Assembly: GCA_012295275.1 (NCBI GenBank)
Contig: CM022675.1
Location: 12,586,001 to 12,650,000, forward strand
Origin: Chrysomallon squamiferum
Taxonomy: Eukaryota > Animalia > Mollusca
DNA length: 64,000 nucleotides
Reading direction: 5' to 3'
Shown here: positions 1 to 12,603 of the stretch, piece by piece
Position numbering within the stretch: the stretch's first letter is position 1
Layout: the number at the start of each line of letters is the position of its first letter
Notes under the pieces: model-generated
What the model saw: the letters and a program-made list of their open reading frames with translations, nothing else
The model's database searches: none
What the model was told of the DNA's origin: nothing
Translations under genes and position numbers: made by a program

Positions 1-359
1 GTCAGATTCAGTGATGAATGTGTGCAAATGCTGTTTAAAGCTTCATGAATTATGATTAAAAATATTCATGAACAAGTTGCTTATATAATTCATGATTCAA
101 AAGCCATGCATCATGTAGCCAATCATTAATTAGTGCAATATTTCTTCATGAAGTTGCAGTTGTCATAAGGAACATTATAGGTTCATGAAATAAATACAAT
201 ATTCGTAAATTACCTGCAATATTATTTCACAAGTTGTACTGTTATATTCATGAACTGATTTTAGTAAAGTTTTCAAAATTTTGTACAGTAAAATTTAAGA
301 TCTGGTTGCATTAAGGTTTCATGACTTAGTTGCTATACTAATTTATAAATTTAGTGCAG

Positions 360-815
360 TAATAATTCATGAATTTACTACATTAAAGATTCATGAATGT
401 GAAGTAGTAATTCATGAACAGGGTACAATAACTGATGGATTTATAACAGTAATTCACAAAAATATTGCAGTTTTTTATGAATTAAGGTAGTAGTTCATGA
501 ATAAGGATAATAATTTTTGAATAAGTTGTAGTAATTCATGAATAAGGATAATTTTTGAATAAGTTGTAGTAATTCATGAATAAGGTGACATGATTCATGA
601 ATAAGGTGACATGATTCATGAAACAGGTGCTGTAATTCTTCAGCAGGTTGTTAATAGTTCAAATAAGGTGCAGAAAAATAAGGTGCAGAAATTCATGAAT
701 AAGGTGTAATAATTCACGAATAAGGTGTAATAATTCATGAATAAGGTGTAATAATTCATGAATACGGTGTAATAATTCATGAATAAGGTGTAATAATTCA
801 TGAATAAGGTGCAGT
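360..815. repeat. ~21-bp minisatellite (AATTCATGAATAAGGTGTAAT), degenerate towards the 5' side
   Basis: Near-perfect units at ~690-810. The TTCATGAA core recurs from the window start. This explains the spurious 640..825 ORF. Confidence 0.9.
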
Positions 816-980
816 AAGGTCTCATGTACTAGCTGGATGTAAATGAGTTAATAATAAGAATTTTTGTGACTTGTATTCTAAATAGATCTGAGGAAGGCAT
901 TTGTTTGTTTGTTTGTTTGTTTACTGAAGAAGAATCAAAACTGTGATGATACAAATGTAAAAGTTAAGTCCAATAACTAA

Positions 981-1096
981 TTAATATGTTGAATTACCCC
1001 TACAGGATGAAATGTAAAATTAATATGTTGAATTACCCCTTAAGGATGAAATGTAAAATTAATATGTTGAATTACCCCTTAAGGATGAAATGTAAA
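981..1096. repeat. 39-bp tandem repeat x3
   Basis: TTAATATGTTGAATTACCCCT(A/T)(C/A)AGGATGAAATGTAAAA starts at 981, 1020 and 1059. Confidence 0.95.
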
Positions 1097-1833
1097 TATC
1101 AGTAGAACCTTTATTGTAAGTAAAACTGATTTTCAACAAAATAAGAGTTTAATAGTAGAAGTATTACTTGTTAAGTTAGTTTATAATTTAAATTTTGGCT
1201 CAAAACAACCTCATTAATAAAATAATTTAATTAAAATTTTGTGTAAAAGTAGGAAGAGCATTTAGAAGATTTTTTCTAATAAAGGTTAAAAGTTTCATAC
1301 AAGAAATTAGAAATGTTGTTACTGTTTACAGTTCTTTAGCAGATTAAACCTTAAAATTAATGTGCTGTCATTTTCTTCATTGCATATATTCAGTTGTTTA
1401 TTTTATCAGGTCAGCTTAATGTGATAATTTATGTATGCAGAGAATATTTTATAGTACCTGTAATATCAAAGGTTACCTGTTTGAAATTGGCATATTACCA
1501 CAATGTTTTTAAACAAATACTAGATAATCATTTTCAGAGAGTTATAGGAGCATTACCTGGTATTAACACAATTGACAAAATACTGGCATTGTTATTTATA
1601 AAAATAAAAACAGGTAAAACACCTGAAAGTGACCAAGGATATTACAACAAAAATGTCTAAGATTAATCAGATGTTTTGATTATAAATTATGATTTTTATA
1701 TTACGAAAAAAAAGGTTAAACATATTTAAATATTATAAATTATAAATTTTAAATTATTAAAATACAAAATATTGCTAAAGTTGTTTAGTTTCTAAACTTA
1801 TGAAAAAATGGCTAAGAGTGATTGGAGACAGAG

Positions 1834-2166
1834 GATGTTACGTAAATCCAGTGAGGTTTGGACGATGTTACGTAAATCCAGTGAGGTTTGGACGATGTTA
1901 CGTAAATCCAGTGAGGTTTGGACGATGTTACGTAAAGCCAGTGAGGTTTGGACGATGTTACGTAAATCCAGTGAGGTTTGGACGATGTTACGTAAATCCA
2001 GTGAGGTTTGGACGATGTTACATAAATCCAGTGAGGTTTGGACGATGTTACGTAAAGCCAGTGAGGTTTGGACGATGTTACGTAAATCCAGTGAGGTTTG
2101 GACGATGTTACGTAAAGCCAGTGAGGTTTGGACGATGTTACATAAACCTGTGAGGTTTGGACGATG
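1834..2166. repeat. 30-bp minisatellite x11 (GATGTTACGTAAATCCAGTGAGGTTTGGAC)
   Basis: Directly visible, two units per 60-nt line. Variants are CGT/CAT and TCC/GCC. Confidence 0.97.
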
Positions 2167-3327
2167 CCCAGCTAAACCTGCCCGAGAGGCAACATCTTCA
2201 TCTGTGGTTCAGGGCGTGTCTGCATGAACACCGCACCGTCTGTCAGTCCTGTCACTTGAACAGGAATTAACTACGAATGCTTCGTTACTTTTATTTTCAA
2301 TTTTCTCTTTAATTCTGCTTCTTTTTGTTATCATTTATTATTATTATTGTTATTATTATCACTCCACTGAATGTTGTGCTCTGTGTTTGGCTTGGGAAAA
2401 AAAGGTCATATTTTTGTTTCTTTTTTTAAAAAAAATATAAATTTGTGGTTTTGGAAATTTTTAGTTTAATGTCATTTCTGTTTTATGGGATTAAGAATAT
2501 TTGTTGTTATGTTTTAGATACATTTCGAAGTTTTCAGATCTTTACAACAAATTTTTTTTTTTTTACTTTTTCCCAAGCCATTCATTTAATACATTCAACT
2601 GCAGCTTACTGGATGAACATTTTTTTTTTGTCTGTTTTATGTTTTTGTCTTTGTAACCTGAAAGATTATTTTATTGTCAAAACCAGAATTGTATTGTAAT
2701 GCAGATCACTATTAAACAGTTATTTAAAATGAAGTTATTATTTTGGTCATTACTGTTAAAAGATATAAGGTAATTGTTAAATAGGTTGACAAATAATTAA
2801 AGAAAAATATAAAAAATAATTATTTAAAAGTTACGAAAATAATAAAAGAGATAAAATTTGGAATCAAAATAAAATCTTAAACATGAATTAAAAAATCATT
2901 ATAATTTTTTTTTTTTTTTTAAATGTATTTAATATTCAGTATGTAAGTTTTAGCAAAGGGGATTTTTAATATAGAAATTTATTTCAGTTACTGTTTATTT
3001 TTTTATTCAAACTTCTACACAGATGATAAGAAACACATGAAATTCTATGAGATTTAAGAAATTTATTCACATTTTAAAATTCTGTTTGTCTTGTCTCTGA
3101 TTCAGTAAGTGTCTGTCACATTCATTTTTGTTCGGTGATGAAAGTTGTTGTTTATTTACATTTTTGTTTTCATTGTTTCTCCCACATAAAGTGCATGACC
3201 TTGCTTACTAGCTGGCTTTAGCAAACTGGTGAAATGTTATATAATTAATTTACATAAATAGACAAATAATTACTACAATACTTTACTGGCTGTTTCATCA
3301 TGGAAACTTCACTAACTGGAATTGGTG

Positions 3328-3380
<53 letters not shown>

Positions 3381-4670
3381 GATTATTATTAAGAAATAAT
3401 AATAAGAAAAGTTACAAACAACTGAAGGTTTAATCATGAGTTTTGTACGAACATTCAGTTTCAGAAGCAATTATCTCCCTTCTGTAAAGAAGCAGTTATC
3501 TCCCTTTCATGGCAAACAATATTCTATCTTCATCAGAATTTGTTTATCTTTCAGACTATTTATTTATTTGTTATACAAAAATGCATTATCACCATGAACA
3601 TTCTCATTTGAACCTTAGAATTAAGTCATAGATATAATCACATTTATTTTGTTATCTAGTCAATTTTACCATAAATAAAGGTTCACACATACCAACTGAT
3701 ATTTACAAACAATTTGTTTTCAAACAATTTGTTTTCAACTGTTTTGCTGAGATACATATATATATAGACAGTAAACATGACATTATATCACATATATAAC
3801 ACATACCCTCCCATAAATCAAAACTACATGGTGATGGATAATGGTATATAAACTTTTATATTACATATCTAGTGTATAATGCAGTATTTATATATAGATT
3901 TATGTTTTCACATTTTGTTACACTTTGTTATATTGGCACTGTTGTTTCCATATGTTTATCACAAACTAACCAATTATATTTTATGGCCTAACAAGCTAAA
4001 GAGTTGTTGTGCTTGTTCAGTTCCTCTCATTTGCATATTTATTACATGTGTACTGTTACCTGTTTTTTTGATATTGCCAAATAAACTTGCATGATCCTTG
4101 GTGTTTGTCTTTTTGGCATTTTCTACCATTTTAACTGTCCAAATAACAAACCTTTTCCCTTTTTTTTTTTTTTTTTTTTTTTTTGTCCACAAAGCCAAAT
4201 TGAATACAAAGTTTTGTTAAATGTTTTTTAATTTGATAAAAAAAAATAATAATATTTTGGGACAATTTTTAAATTTGTATTTTTAATTTTTTTTTCAAAT
4301 CTGACAATTATTTTCTATCAAAATTATTAAAAAAAAAATAATAATTGAACCAGTACTCGGAATTTGGAATAATAAAAAAAAAAAAAAAAATAATATAAAT
4401 AATAATAATTTCAAAAGAAAAAAATCGTAAAAATTGAATCTGAAATTCTTGAATTAACGGAAAATTCCAAGAAACCGATTGCCAAACACCAAAGCCTCCC
4501 AGTGAAAATCAGTCTGATGGAAAACAGTACACACTGAAAACAAAAAAAGCACAACCTCTCTTACTTGTTGGCATTTAACTGTTGTGGCAGCAAATAAATG
4601 TTTTGTAGCAATTTGGACTGTGGACAGTGTTCTTGTCTAATACTGTTTTTCCCTCCCTTTTTCTCTACAG

Positions 4671-4935
4671 CATGGAAATGCATAAGAACTTGACCCTTGA
4701 CCCAGCCTCGACCCAAACAACCTCAACCTTGACCTCTGTACAAACCCACGCTCCCTTGGCAATACCGTTGAGCCAGATGATGAAGCCGTTGCCGTTACTC
4801 GGATTAAATTTTGGCGTTTTGGAAGCAGCCGCTGACCATAAAAATGTCACCACCCACAAAATGAGGGTTGGGGTGATGCCTACAAGTGCTAACACATTGA
4901 AGAAGGCAGAGAGACCAAAATTTGCTCCATATTAA
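4671..4935 (+). CDS. PCBP: Terminal coding exon of a poly(rC)-binding protein (PCBP/hnRNP E, Drosophila mub-like); KH-domain exons lie upstream of the window
   Basis: Strong acceptor (tttttccctcccttttctctacag|C ATG GAA), phase 2. Translates (S)MEMHKNLTLDP...TLKKAERPKFAPY*. The tail resembles the PCBP4 C-terminus (KKAERQKFSPY), and the start resembles the post-KH3 segment of invertebrate PCBPs. Both matches are recalled, not searched. Confidence 0.75.
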
Positions 4936-5443
4936 TAGCAGCCTGCTTCTTATTTTAGTTATAATCGGGTTATTTTTTTTTTTTTTTTTTTAAATTACTT
5001 TTAATTTACTGTACTTAAAGCTGATTGGTTCAACAGACCAGAAACACTAAGAAAGCTTGCTTCTGATTGGGTTCCATTCATTAAGAAAGGCTATGAAAGC
5101 TTATTTTTGATTGGTTCAATTCAATGGGAAGCTACAAAAGCTTACATTTGATTGGTTCCTTTCGTTAGGGAGCTATGAAAGATTTATTTTGATTGGTTCA
5201 GAGACTTCATATAGATTGCTAGGTGAATAAATTATATATAATTATAAAAAAATGATTCTGATAGTATTTATTGCAAACTGAAGTCAAGTTTTATCATTTG
5301 AGTATTATTTTTATTTGGTGTTTTCATGGTGATAATTAAGAAAAATCATGTTTTTAGAATATTATAAAAATCATTTTGTAGGATATTGAAAATCTGTAGT
5401 TACTTTTGTTCATTATTTTAATTTAATTTTATTTTATTAATTT

Positions 5444-5487
<44 letters not shown>

Positions 5488-7134
5488 TTTTTGTTGATTA
5501 TCTTTTTCCTTTGCCAAATGTAGAGAAAATGTTGGTTGTTGAAATTTAATTTTAAATAAATAATTATATATATATATTCTTCCTGCCTTGGTCACCACTT
5601 GTATAAAAAATAAAATAAATATATATATTAACGAAAAGCGCTACAACTCTACCGACTAATAGACTGGTTTCCGTACTCTGGTGAACGTGTACATTCCATG
5701 TGCCATATTAACAAAAGCAGGGTACTGGTTCATTTCAAACACAGCCAGCTACTGCGCTTGGCCATATTTTATACTTGTCTTCTTCTTCTTCTTTTTTTTT
5801 TTAATTTTAAATTTATTTTTCTGTACTGGTGCTCTTTTTGGTGTTTATATAAACTTTCTCTGCATGTAAAAATAATAAGCAAGTAAAATTTTATATCACT
5901 ATTAGATGAAAACAAAATTATAGAAAGATAAAAATTATATTTTGTACTGTATTTTTGCATGATCCTTTTTCGATGTTCTTCTATTAAGAAAGATTTTTTA
6001 GCCAGTTCATGTTAAATAATATATATATAAACATACATACATACATATACATACACATAAAATATATACACACAGATACACACACACGTGTGTGTATGCG
6101 TGTAATATATAACACACAGGATTCACAGTGTTATGAAAATATTTCACTAGTTTCTACAATTAATAACTTCAGTAATTTGTTTCTTTTGTTTTTGCGGGTT
6201 TTCATATTTTCTAAGATGTGATATGTTGTTGTGTAATTTTGCACAGATGTAAATGTTTATTATTTTTAGTTGTTTTCCTTCTTTCCATATCAGACTTCCA
6301 TAATATGACTGTTAAATTGCAGTATTGTTTGTAGATGTCAAATATGGCTCTGAGTATTTAAACTATATGACTGTCAGGGTTATGTTGCATTGTGGGTGTG
6401 AAGATAAACTGAGTTTAAGAATATGCTGATTAAATTACAAAACTGATTTACTCTTAATTAAACTGCTGGTAGATTATTGTAAAAAATACATTAGTTACAA
6501 CATTTAGTTAAAGGTAATTTATAAAATAATTTTTTTATTTTCAATAGTTGAATGGTAATAAGAGTTTGAATTGATGCAGTGATGTAGAGTTAACTTATAA
6601 TCTGATAATTAAGACTTAAATTATAATAAAAATTAAAATAATTAAATGATAATACTGACTCATTTAAATTATGCTGTGGTTTTTAAATGCTAAGCATAAA
6701 TTTGATACACAAAAGTAAATAATTCACTTTAATTTGTTGTCTCTTAAAATTAAAAAATAATATTCTTTTAGGATTTATAAAAATTGAAAATATGCTATTG
6801 TTTACAATGATTCTGTGTTATATTGTAGTTTAGGAATTAATATGCTATATTGTTACAAAAATTAAAATACAACATATTTATAAAAATAAAATACAATATG
6901 ATTTCCAAAACATAAACTGTGTTATGCTTTTAAAAAATTACAATTTATTTTTAAATATTAAATTATTATATATACTTAAGTTAAAAGGTTTTAAGAAATA
7001 CAATACGGTTATAAAAGTTATAATACAATATGATTTCTGACAGACAAATTACATTTTTTTACAGTAAATTTATAAAATTAATATATTTTCTATACTTAAA
7101 TTTTATTATGTTTTTAACAAGTATAGTATATTCA

Positions 7135-7480
7135 TAAAAGTTTTTATTGTGTTTTATTTTAATAGTTAATTTACTGTATTGTTTACAACAGGTAAATTTT
7201 ATATACAGTACATTAAAAATTAAAATTCAATATGGTTTCTGAGAGATAAATTATAGTTATCAAAGTATGGTGTGTTTGTAAAAAGTTTTTACTGTGTTTT
7301 TTTAATAGTTAAATTACCATATTGTTTACAAGAGTTAAATTTTATATCTTCATATACAGTACATTACAAAGTAAAATTCAATATGGTTTCCGAGAGATAA
7401 ATTATAGTTATCGAAGTATGGTGTGTTTGTAAAAAGTTTTTATTGTGTTTTTTTAATAGTTAAATTACCATATTGTTTAC
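7135..7480. repeat. ~150-bp tandem duplication (about 2.3 copies)
   Basis: GAGAGATAAATTATAGTTATC...GTATGGTGTGTTTGTAAAAAGTTTTT recurs at ~7241 and ~7392. Confidence 0.85.
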
Positions 7481-7611
7481 ACATTTTATGTCTTTATAGG
7501 ATAACAACTGAAGTGTGTGGCATGGGCATACGCTAGGTGACGGACATTGTAGTAGTTGACATTTACAAAATGTCTTTAAGCCAAAATATTATATTGCAAA
7601 TATATCAAGGC

Positions 7612-7649
<38 letters not shown>

Positions 7650-9059
7650 TACTGAACTTTTGACCTGGGATTCTGAATGCTGGAAACTGCAGTGAAATGG
7701 GAAGATTTAAGTTAAACTGGTTTTAATTTTGTTAGGAAGTGTTCGTGTTGATGCTGCTCTAGAAAATGTCAGTGTGACACAACAGAATTTAAACACAGTA
7801 ATAAAAATATTAAATTTATCATAAGCATGGGCTAATAAGTGAATAAATAATAATAAAAGAAACTGATGCTTGATATGTACTGATATGATTAAAATATTCA
7901 GTGAGGTATTCATAATATTCTACCACACAGGAAATAATTTATTTTACATTTGCTTATAAAATTAATACATTATGGTTTTTAAAAAAACAAAAAACAAAAC
8001 AACAACCACAACAACATCCTCAAATAACCAAAAGCAAACCCAGTAAAATTATAATTATTTAAAATGCTCATAATATTGAACAAGCATAATAATTACTTTA
8101 AAAAAAAACAAAAAAAACAAACAACATTTTTCACTGAAATTATGATAATATTGAGTGATATAAGCATAATTTACATTCAGACGACAATAATATTCAGTGA
8201 AAATAATATTAACTGAAATGGACATAATGCACAATGAAATTAACATAATAATGTTGTGATAATGACAATACTGAAATGCTCATAATGATACACATTAAAT
8301 TGACATAATATTTACTGAAAAATACATCAGGTTGAATAAAGTAGACATCTTAAGCAAGCAGACTTTGTCATTTCCTTTCTAGAATCAGGGATTTTAAATT
8401 TCAGTACGTCCGATATTTTCAGTATCTGTTTTCAGTTTTCAGTACCCCATGTTGAAAACTCAGGTACATAACTTATTAAAAATTAAAAAAAATTCTGTGC
8501 TTGACCATGTTGAAATATTTTTTTTTTTTTTTTACCTGTTTATTTTTAAACGTGTGAAGTTTGGTTCCTGTTGCGTGTGCTTTCTGTTTTGAAAAAAAAA
8601 AAAAAAATGTATCTATCCATTTTGAGAGAGATACATCATAGTATTATTTCACTGCATGGTCTTTATATAGTGTTTGTTCTTTTAAAAATACAAGTTTTTT
8701 TGTTTGAGAAAAGTTAAATAGGGTAGATATCCTGGTTACAAGTTGACATATCATTTTCGTTAAATGGTACTGAAACCATTTTTCTTTTTTTTTAATTGTT
8801 TTTTTTTTAGTGTGGTTATTTAATGAGATGTGTATTGTAGATTATCAAAGAGATACAAGATACGAAGAGTATCTTTTCCATTAAGATTTCATTAAAACTC
8901 TTATATCCTAGCTGATGGCGTGGAAGTCAGATATTTTTATATTTTTAATCTTTACTGGAACTTAAATGAATTTCTTAACTTTAGAATATGTTGTACATTA
9001 TAATTTTTTTTATTGTAATATTTTGTAATATATATTACATTTTTGAAATAATATAATAA

Positions 9060-9093
<34 letters not shown>

Positions 9094-11975
9094 TTAATAA
9101 TAAATTTTTTGTATACAAATTATTTAAGGAGTTATCTCCCCTATAACAAAGGAGGTGAACTTATTATTAACATTAACAGACTGTTGTATGTTTTAATTAA
9201 TTAATTGTTATTTTGATTATTTTACATAATTTTATTTTAATAATTCAATACTTACCATTGTGAAAATTTAAAGTTGATTTGTCCTTAAATTTAAAATGTA
9301 AAAGAAATTAATTATATAATTCTGAATATATTTTGGTAACCAATATACACGAAAAACAGAAACAAGTTGTTTAAAAAAAAATTAAAAATTAAAAAAAATG
9401 AGGATTTATGTTTGTAGCATTTTAATTTTTTTTTAAATATAATTACTATTTAATTGTTTATATTTAAAACTTTTGAAATGATAATTGTTATTGTACAAAA
9501 ACATTTACAATTTTTAATATAATTGTGACAGTTAATTGTTTATATTGGAGAAATCTATTGTAATAAAAATTTCTACTTTTTATATAGTCATTACTAAGCA
9601 TTTTCCTAATTCTCTATTCACAATCAGCTGTATTGGAAAATAACGATTACATTCATTATTTCATTATTTGTATAAAACATTTTTAAGTACTTAATTTAGA
9701 AGATATTCTGTTTATATTTATACATACTTAGAGTTTGAAACTCGCCACATAATAAAATATTATTTTAATGTTTTAACTACGCAGTAAACTATTTTCTGTG
9801 AAAAAGATAAAACAGTCAGTTCTTTCACATTACAGTCTGTACATGTTGGTCTGTTTTAAAACCACGATTTGGTTTTCAAATGGTTGAGATTTATTTTAAT
9901 TCATCCTTGTTCAGCAAATGGTTAATTTTTGTTTTTTCTTTAAATGCATTATTTTTACAAAGGAAAAAGAATTTTATAGAAATTAATTCTGCAAATGGCA
10001 AAGATTTTTTATTCAATATTATTCTGCATGTAATATTTTATATTATTGAAATTTATTTAGTTAATGGTGAATTGCCAGTATTTTTAATATTTTGTTTTGC
10101 AGTTGTGTTTAATGTTCATTTAACTAATAAATATGAGTTTTAGAATATTGAAATTTATAGATTGTTAGTCAATATGTTATTGTTTGAAAATCTTTAAACA
10201 TTGTTTGCAGTAATATATACATATAAATGAAACAAAACAAAACAAAACAAAAATATAAGGAAAGAAAGAATTTTGTTTTTTAAAATTTAACAATGCAGAT
10301 TTCAAAACGTTGATCTTTAATAGACTGATGACACAGATGTTTAAATCCAATGCACTTTTTTTGTTCTTGTAGCTAAAATAATCAGATTAATGAAATATTT
10401 AAGCATTATATTTGTGTGTACAGAATGTAATTTTGTTTTCTAGTCACTGATCACACAGGTAATATCATCATCAATGTTCACATCCTGGATCCAGGCAGCA
10501 TTTTGTCCCAAAAATGTGCAATTTGTTTTTGTAAAATTTATTATTATTATTTTTTTTTTAGGTCTTGATTAAGAAATTAAAACATTTTTTTTTTTGTTAT
10601 TGTGCAGTTATACATTGCTGAAAGGTCACCTTTGTCTTGGTATTTTTACTGATGTAAATTTTGGTTTAATAATTCTTTTCATTCTGGTTAGTTTTTCATG
10701 TCAAAAAAGAAATATGTTAGAAATACGTTTTAGTGACAGATTTAAGACTGTTACTAAGTTTTTAAATGGTATTTGTTTAAAATAAAAAAAAAAAAAAAAT
10801 TTATAAAACTTATTTATTTAAATTAACTGCTGCTATCTTCTCAACATAGATGATTACCATGGTTACAGATTAATTACTGAGAAAATAAAATATTAAATTT
10901 TAAATATGTTAAAAATGGTGGCATTTCTGCAATGGATGATGGTCACTTTGTATTTACGCAATCATTTGTTTCCGTGCAATGTGATTTGTTGTTTCAATAT
11001 GAAAGCAATATACCTGTAGTGCATACATAGTCAGTATATATATAGATATACATATATTAAAACTCCTACTGTTAACCGTTCATGGATGAAGTTCACAATC
11101 ATGGGCAACTGGTCCGAAATTTCATTAGTTGATTACTTTTACTTTAGAGTCTGTACAAAGCTTTTTCAAAACCTCATCAGTCCTGAATTATTTACTTCAC
11201 TGTTTTATAAATTTATTAATTGTAATTAGATTTAAAAACTAGACTGATATGAAATTAGGAATTATTTTTTAAATTCTCATATAAAAAAAAAAATCATGCA
11301 TAACGTTGCCTATATTATTATTATTATTTTTTTTTTTTATCATGCCATTGTTATTAAAGAAAGGTCATTAAAAAGAAAAGATATATTTTTATTGACTGTG
11401 ATTATAATTGCCCTAAAAAGTCTGATTACCCAAATCCTAATAGGCTGATCTTAAGATTCATTTGAATATACGTGGTCAAGCACAGGTCATGTGATTCAGT
11501 TTCAGCCAATGGCTGGCTGTCAGGTCATGTGACCTGTTGTATGTACATAACGTCAGTTCATATTTTTAAAAACAAACCACTCTCAGTCTAAAAATAACTT
11601 ATCATTAAAATACGTACATATATATATATATATATTTAAAAATAATAATAATAAAAAAATATATATAAAATTACTTAACTCATTTTTATCATTTGTCATA
11701 TATTCATTTTATCTTCATCTGATTTTTAAAAAGTATTGATTTAACAGTATTGATTGGCAGGTCACATGACCTGTGTTAGTCACACGAGAATGGTCGACTG
11801 TGGTCACATGACCAGAGTTAGTCACGTGAGTGGTCACATGATCAAATGTTATAAATGTACAATGATTATTTATTATGTTGGAGAGTTGTTCTATACTAAT
11901 ATGTTTAAATATTCTCAACAGACTGAACTAAATGTCCAGCTGAGTGAGTCTGTACAGATGTGTTGCCAAAACAGG

Positions 11976-11981
11976 AATAAA
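11976..11981 (+). terminator. Candidate polyadenylation signal of PCBP
   Basis: AATAAA with upstream TGTA and downstream TCTTGCCTTGTTTTTTT. Confidence 0.45.
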
Positions 11982-12033
11982 AATTGAACTGTTTCAATCT
12001 TGCCTTGTTTTTTTTTTAATTTTTATTATTGTT

Positions 12034-12076
<43 letters not shown>

Positions 12077-12564
12077 AACACATGCTATCACATTTGAAAA
12101 AGGAATAAAAATAACGTAACAGCTAAAAATAAGACAATTGATACACTTACAAGACTAACGCTGAGAAAAACAGACTTAGTCATTGTTTGCATATTTTTAT
12201 TACAAGAAAGAATAATTTTATACAAATGTACAATACTAAAATAAGTATGTAATATAAAATATTTCATTTAAAAACTAGGTATTTAGAATTATGTACAATC
12301 AAAGGTGTAAAATAATTAAAAACAATGAATGAAATACTGTCAAATTTTTCCAAAACACATTACAAAAAAAAGATAAAAAAAAAGATAAAAAAAGAAAATT
12401 AAATAAATAAATAAATAAATACTAACAACAAAAATTTAAAAAGCATTAATGATTTTAACACTGCTTTTGAAGAAAATTATTAATAAATAAATTTAGTTTA
12501 AAATAAAATAAAAAATAAATATCTTTGCCTGATGGAATAACTGAAAAGATGCATTTCACTAAGA

Positions 12565-12603
<39 letters not shown>

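Larger units (their letters stand above)
4936..11995 (+). other. Probable very long 3'UTR of the PCBP gene
   Basis: No coding exons. The plus strand is T/GT-rich with many TGTA motifs. AATAAA at 11976-11981 is followed by a T/GT-rich tract, and strand composition flips to A-rich after ~12100. Confidence 0.5.

Noticed and set aside
640-825. 61-aa minus-strand ORF (MNYYTLF repeats)
   Set aside because: Translation of the 21-bp minisatellite.
1800-2227. Repeat ORFs (RCYVNPVRFG / MLRKSSEVWT) and CRISPR-like periodicity
   Set aside because: Head-to-tail 30-bp units with no unique spacers. Open frames arise because the unit length is a multiple of 3. The context is a eukaryotic intron with no cas genes.
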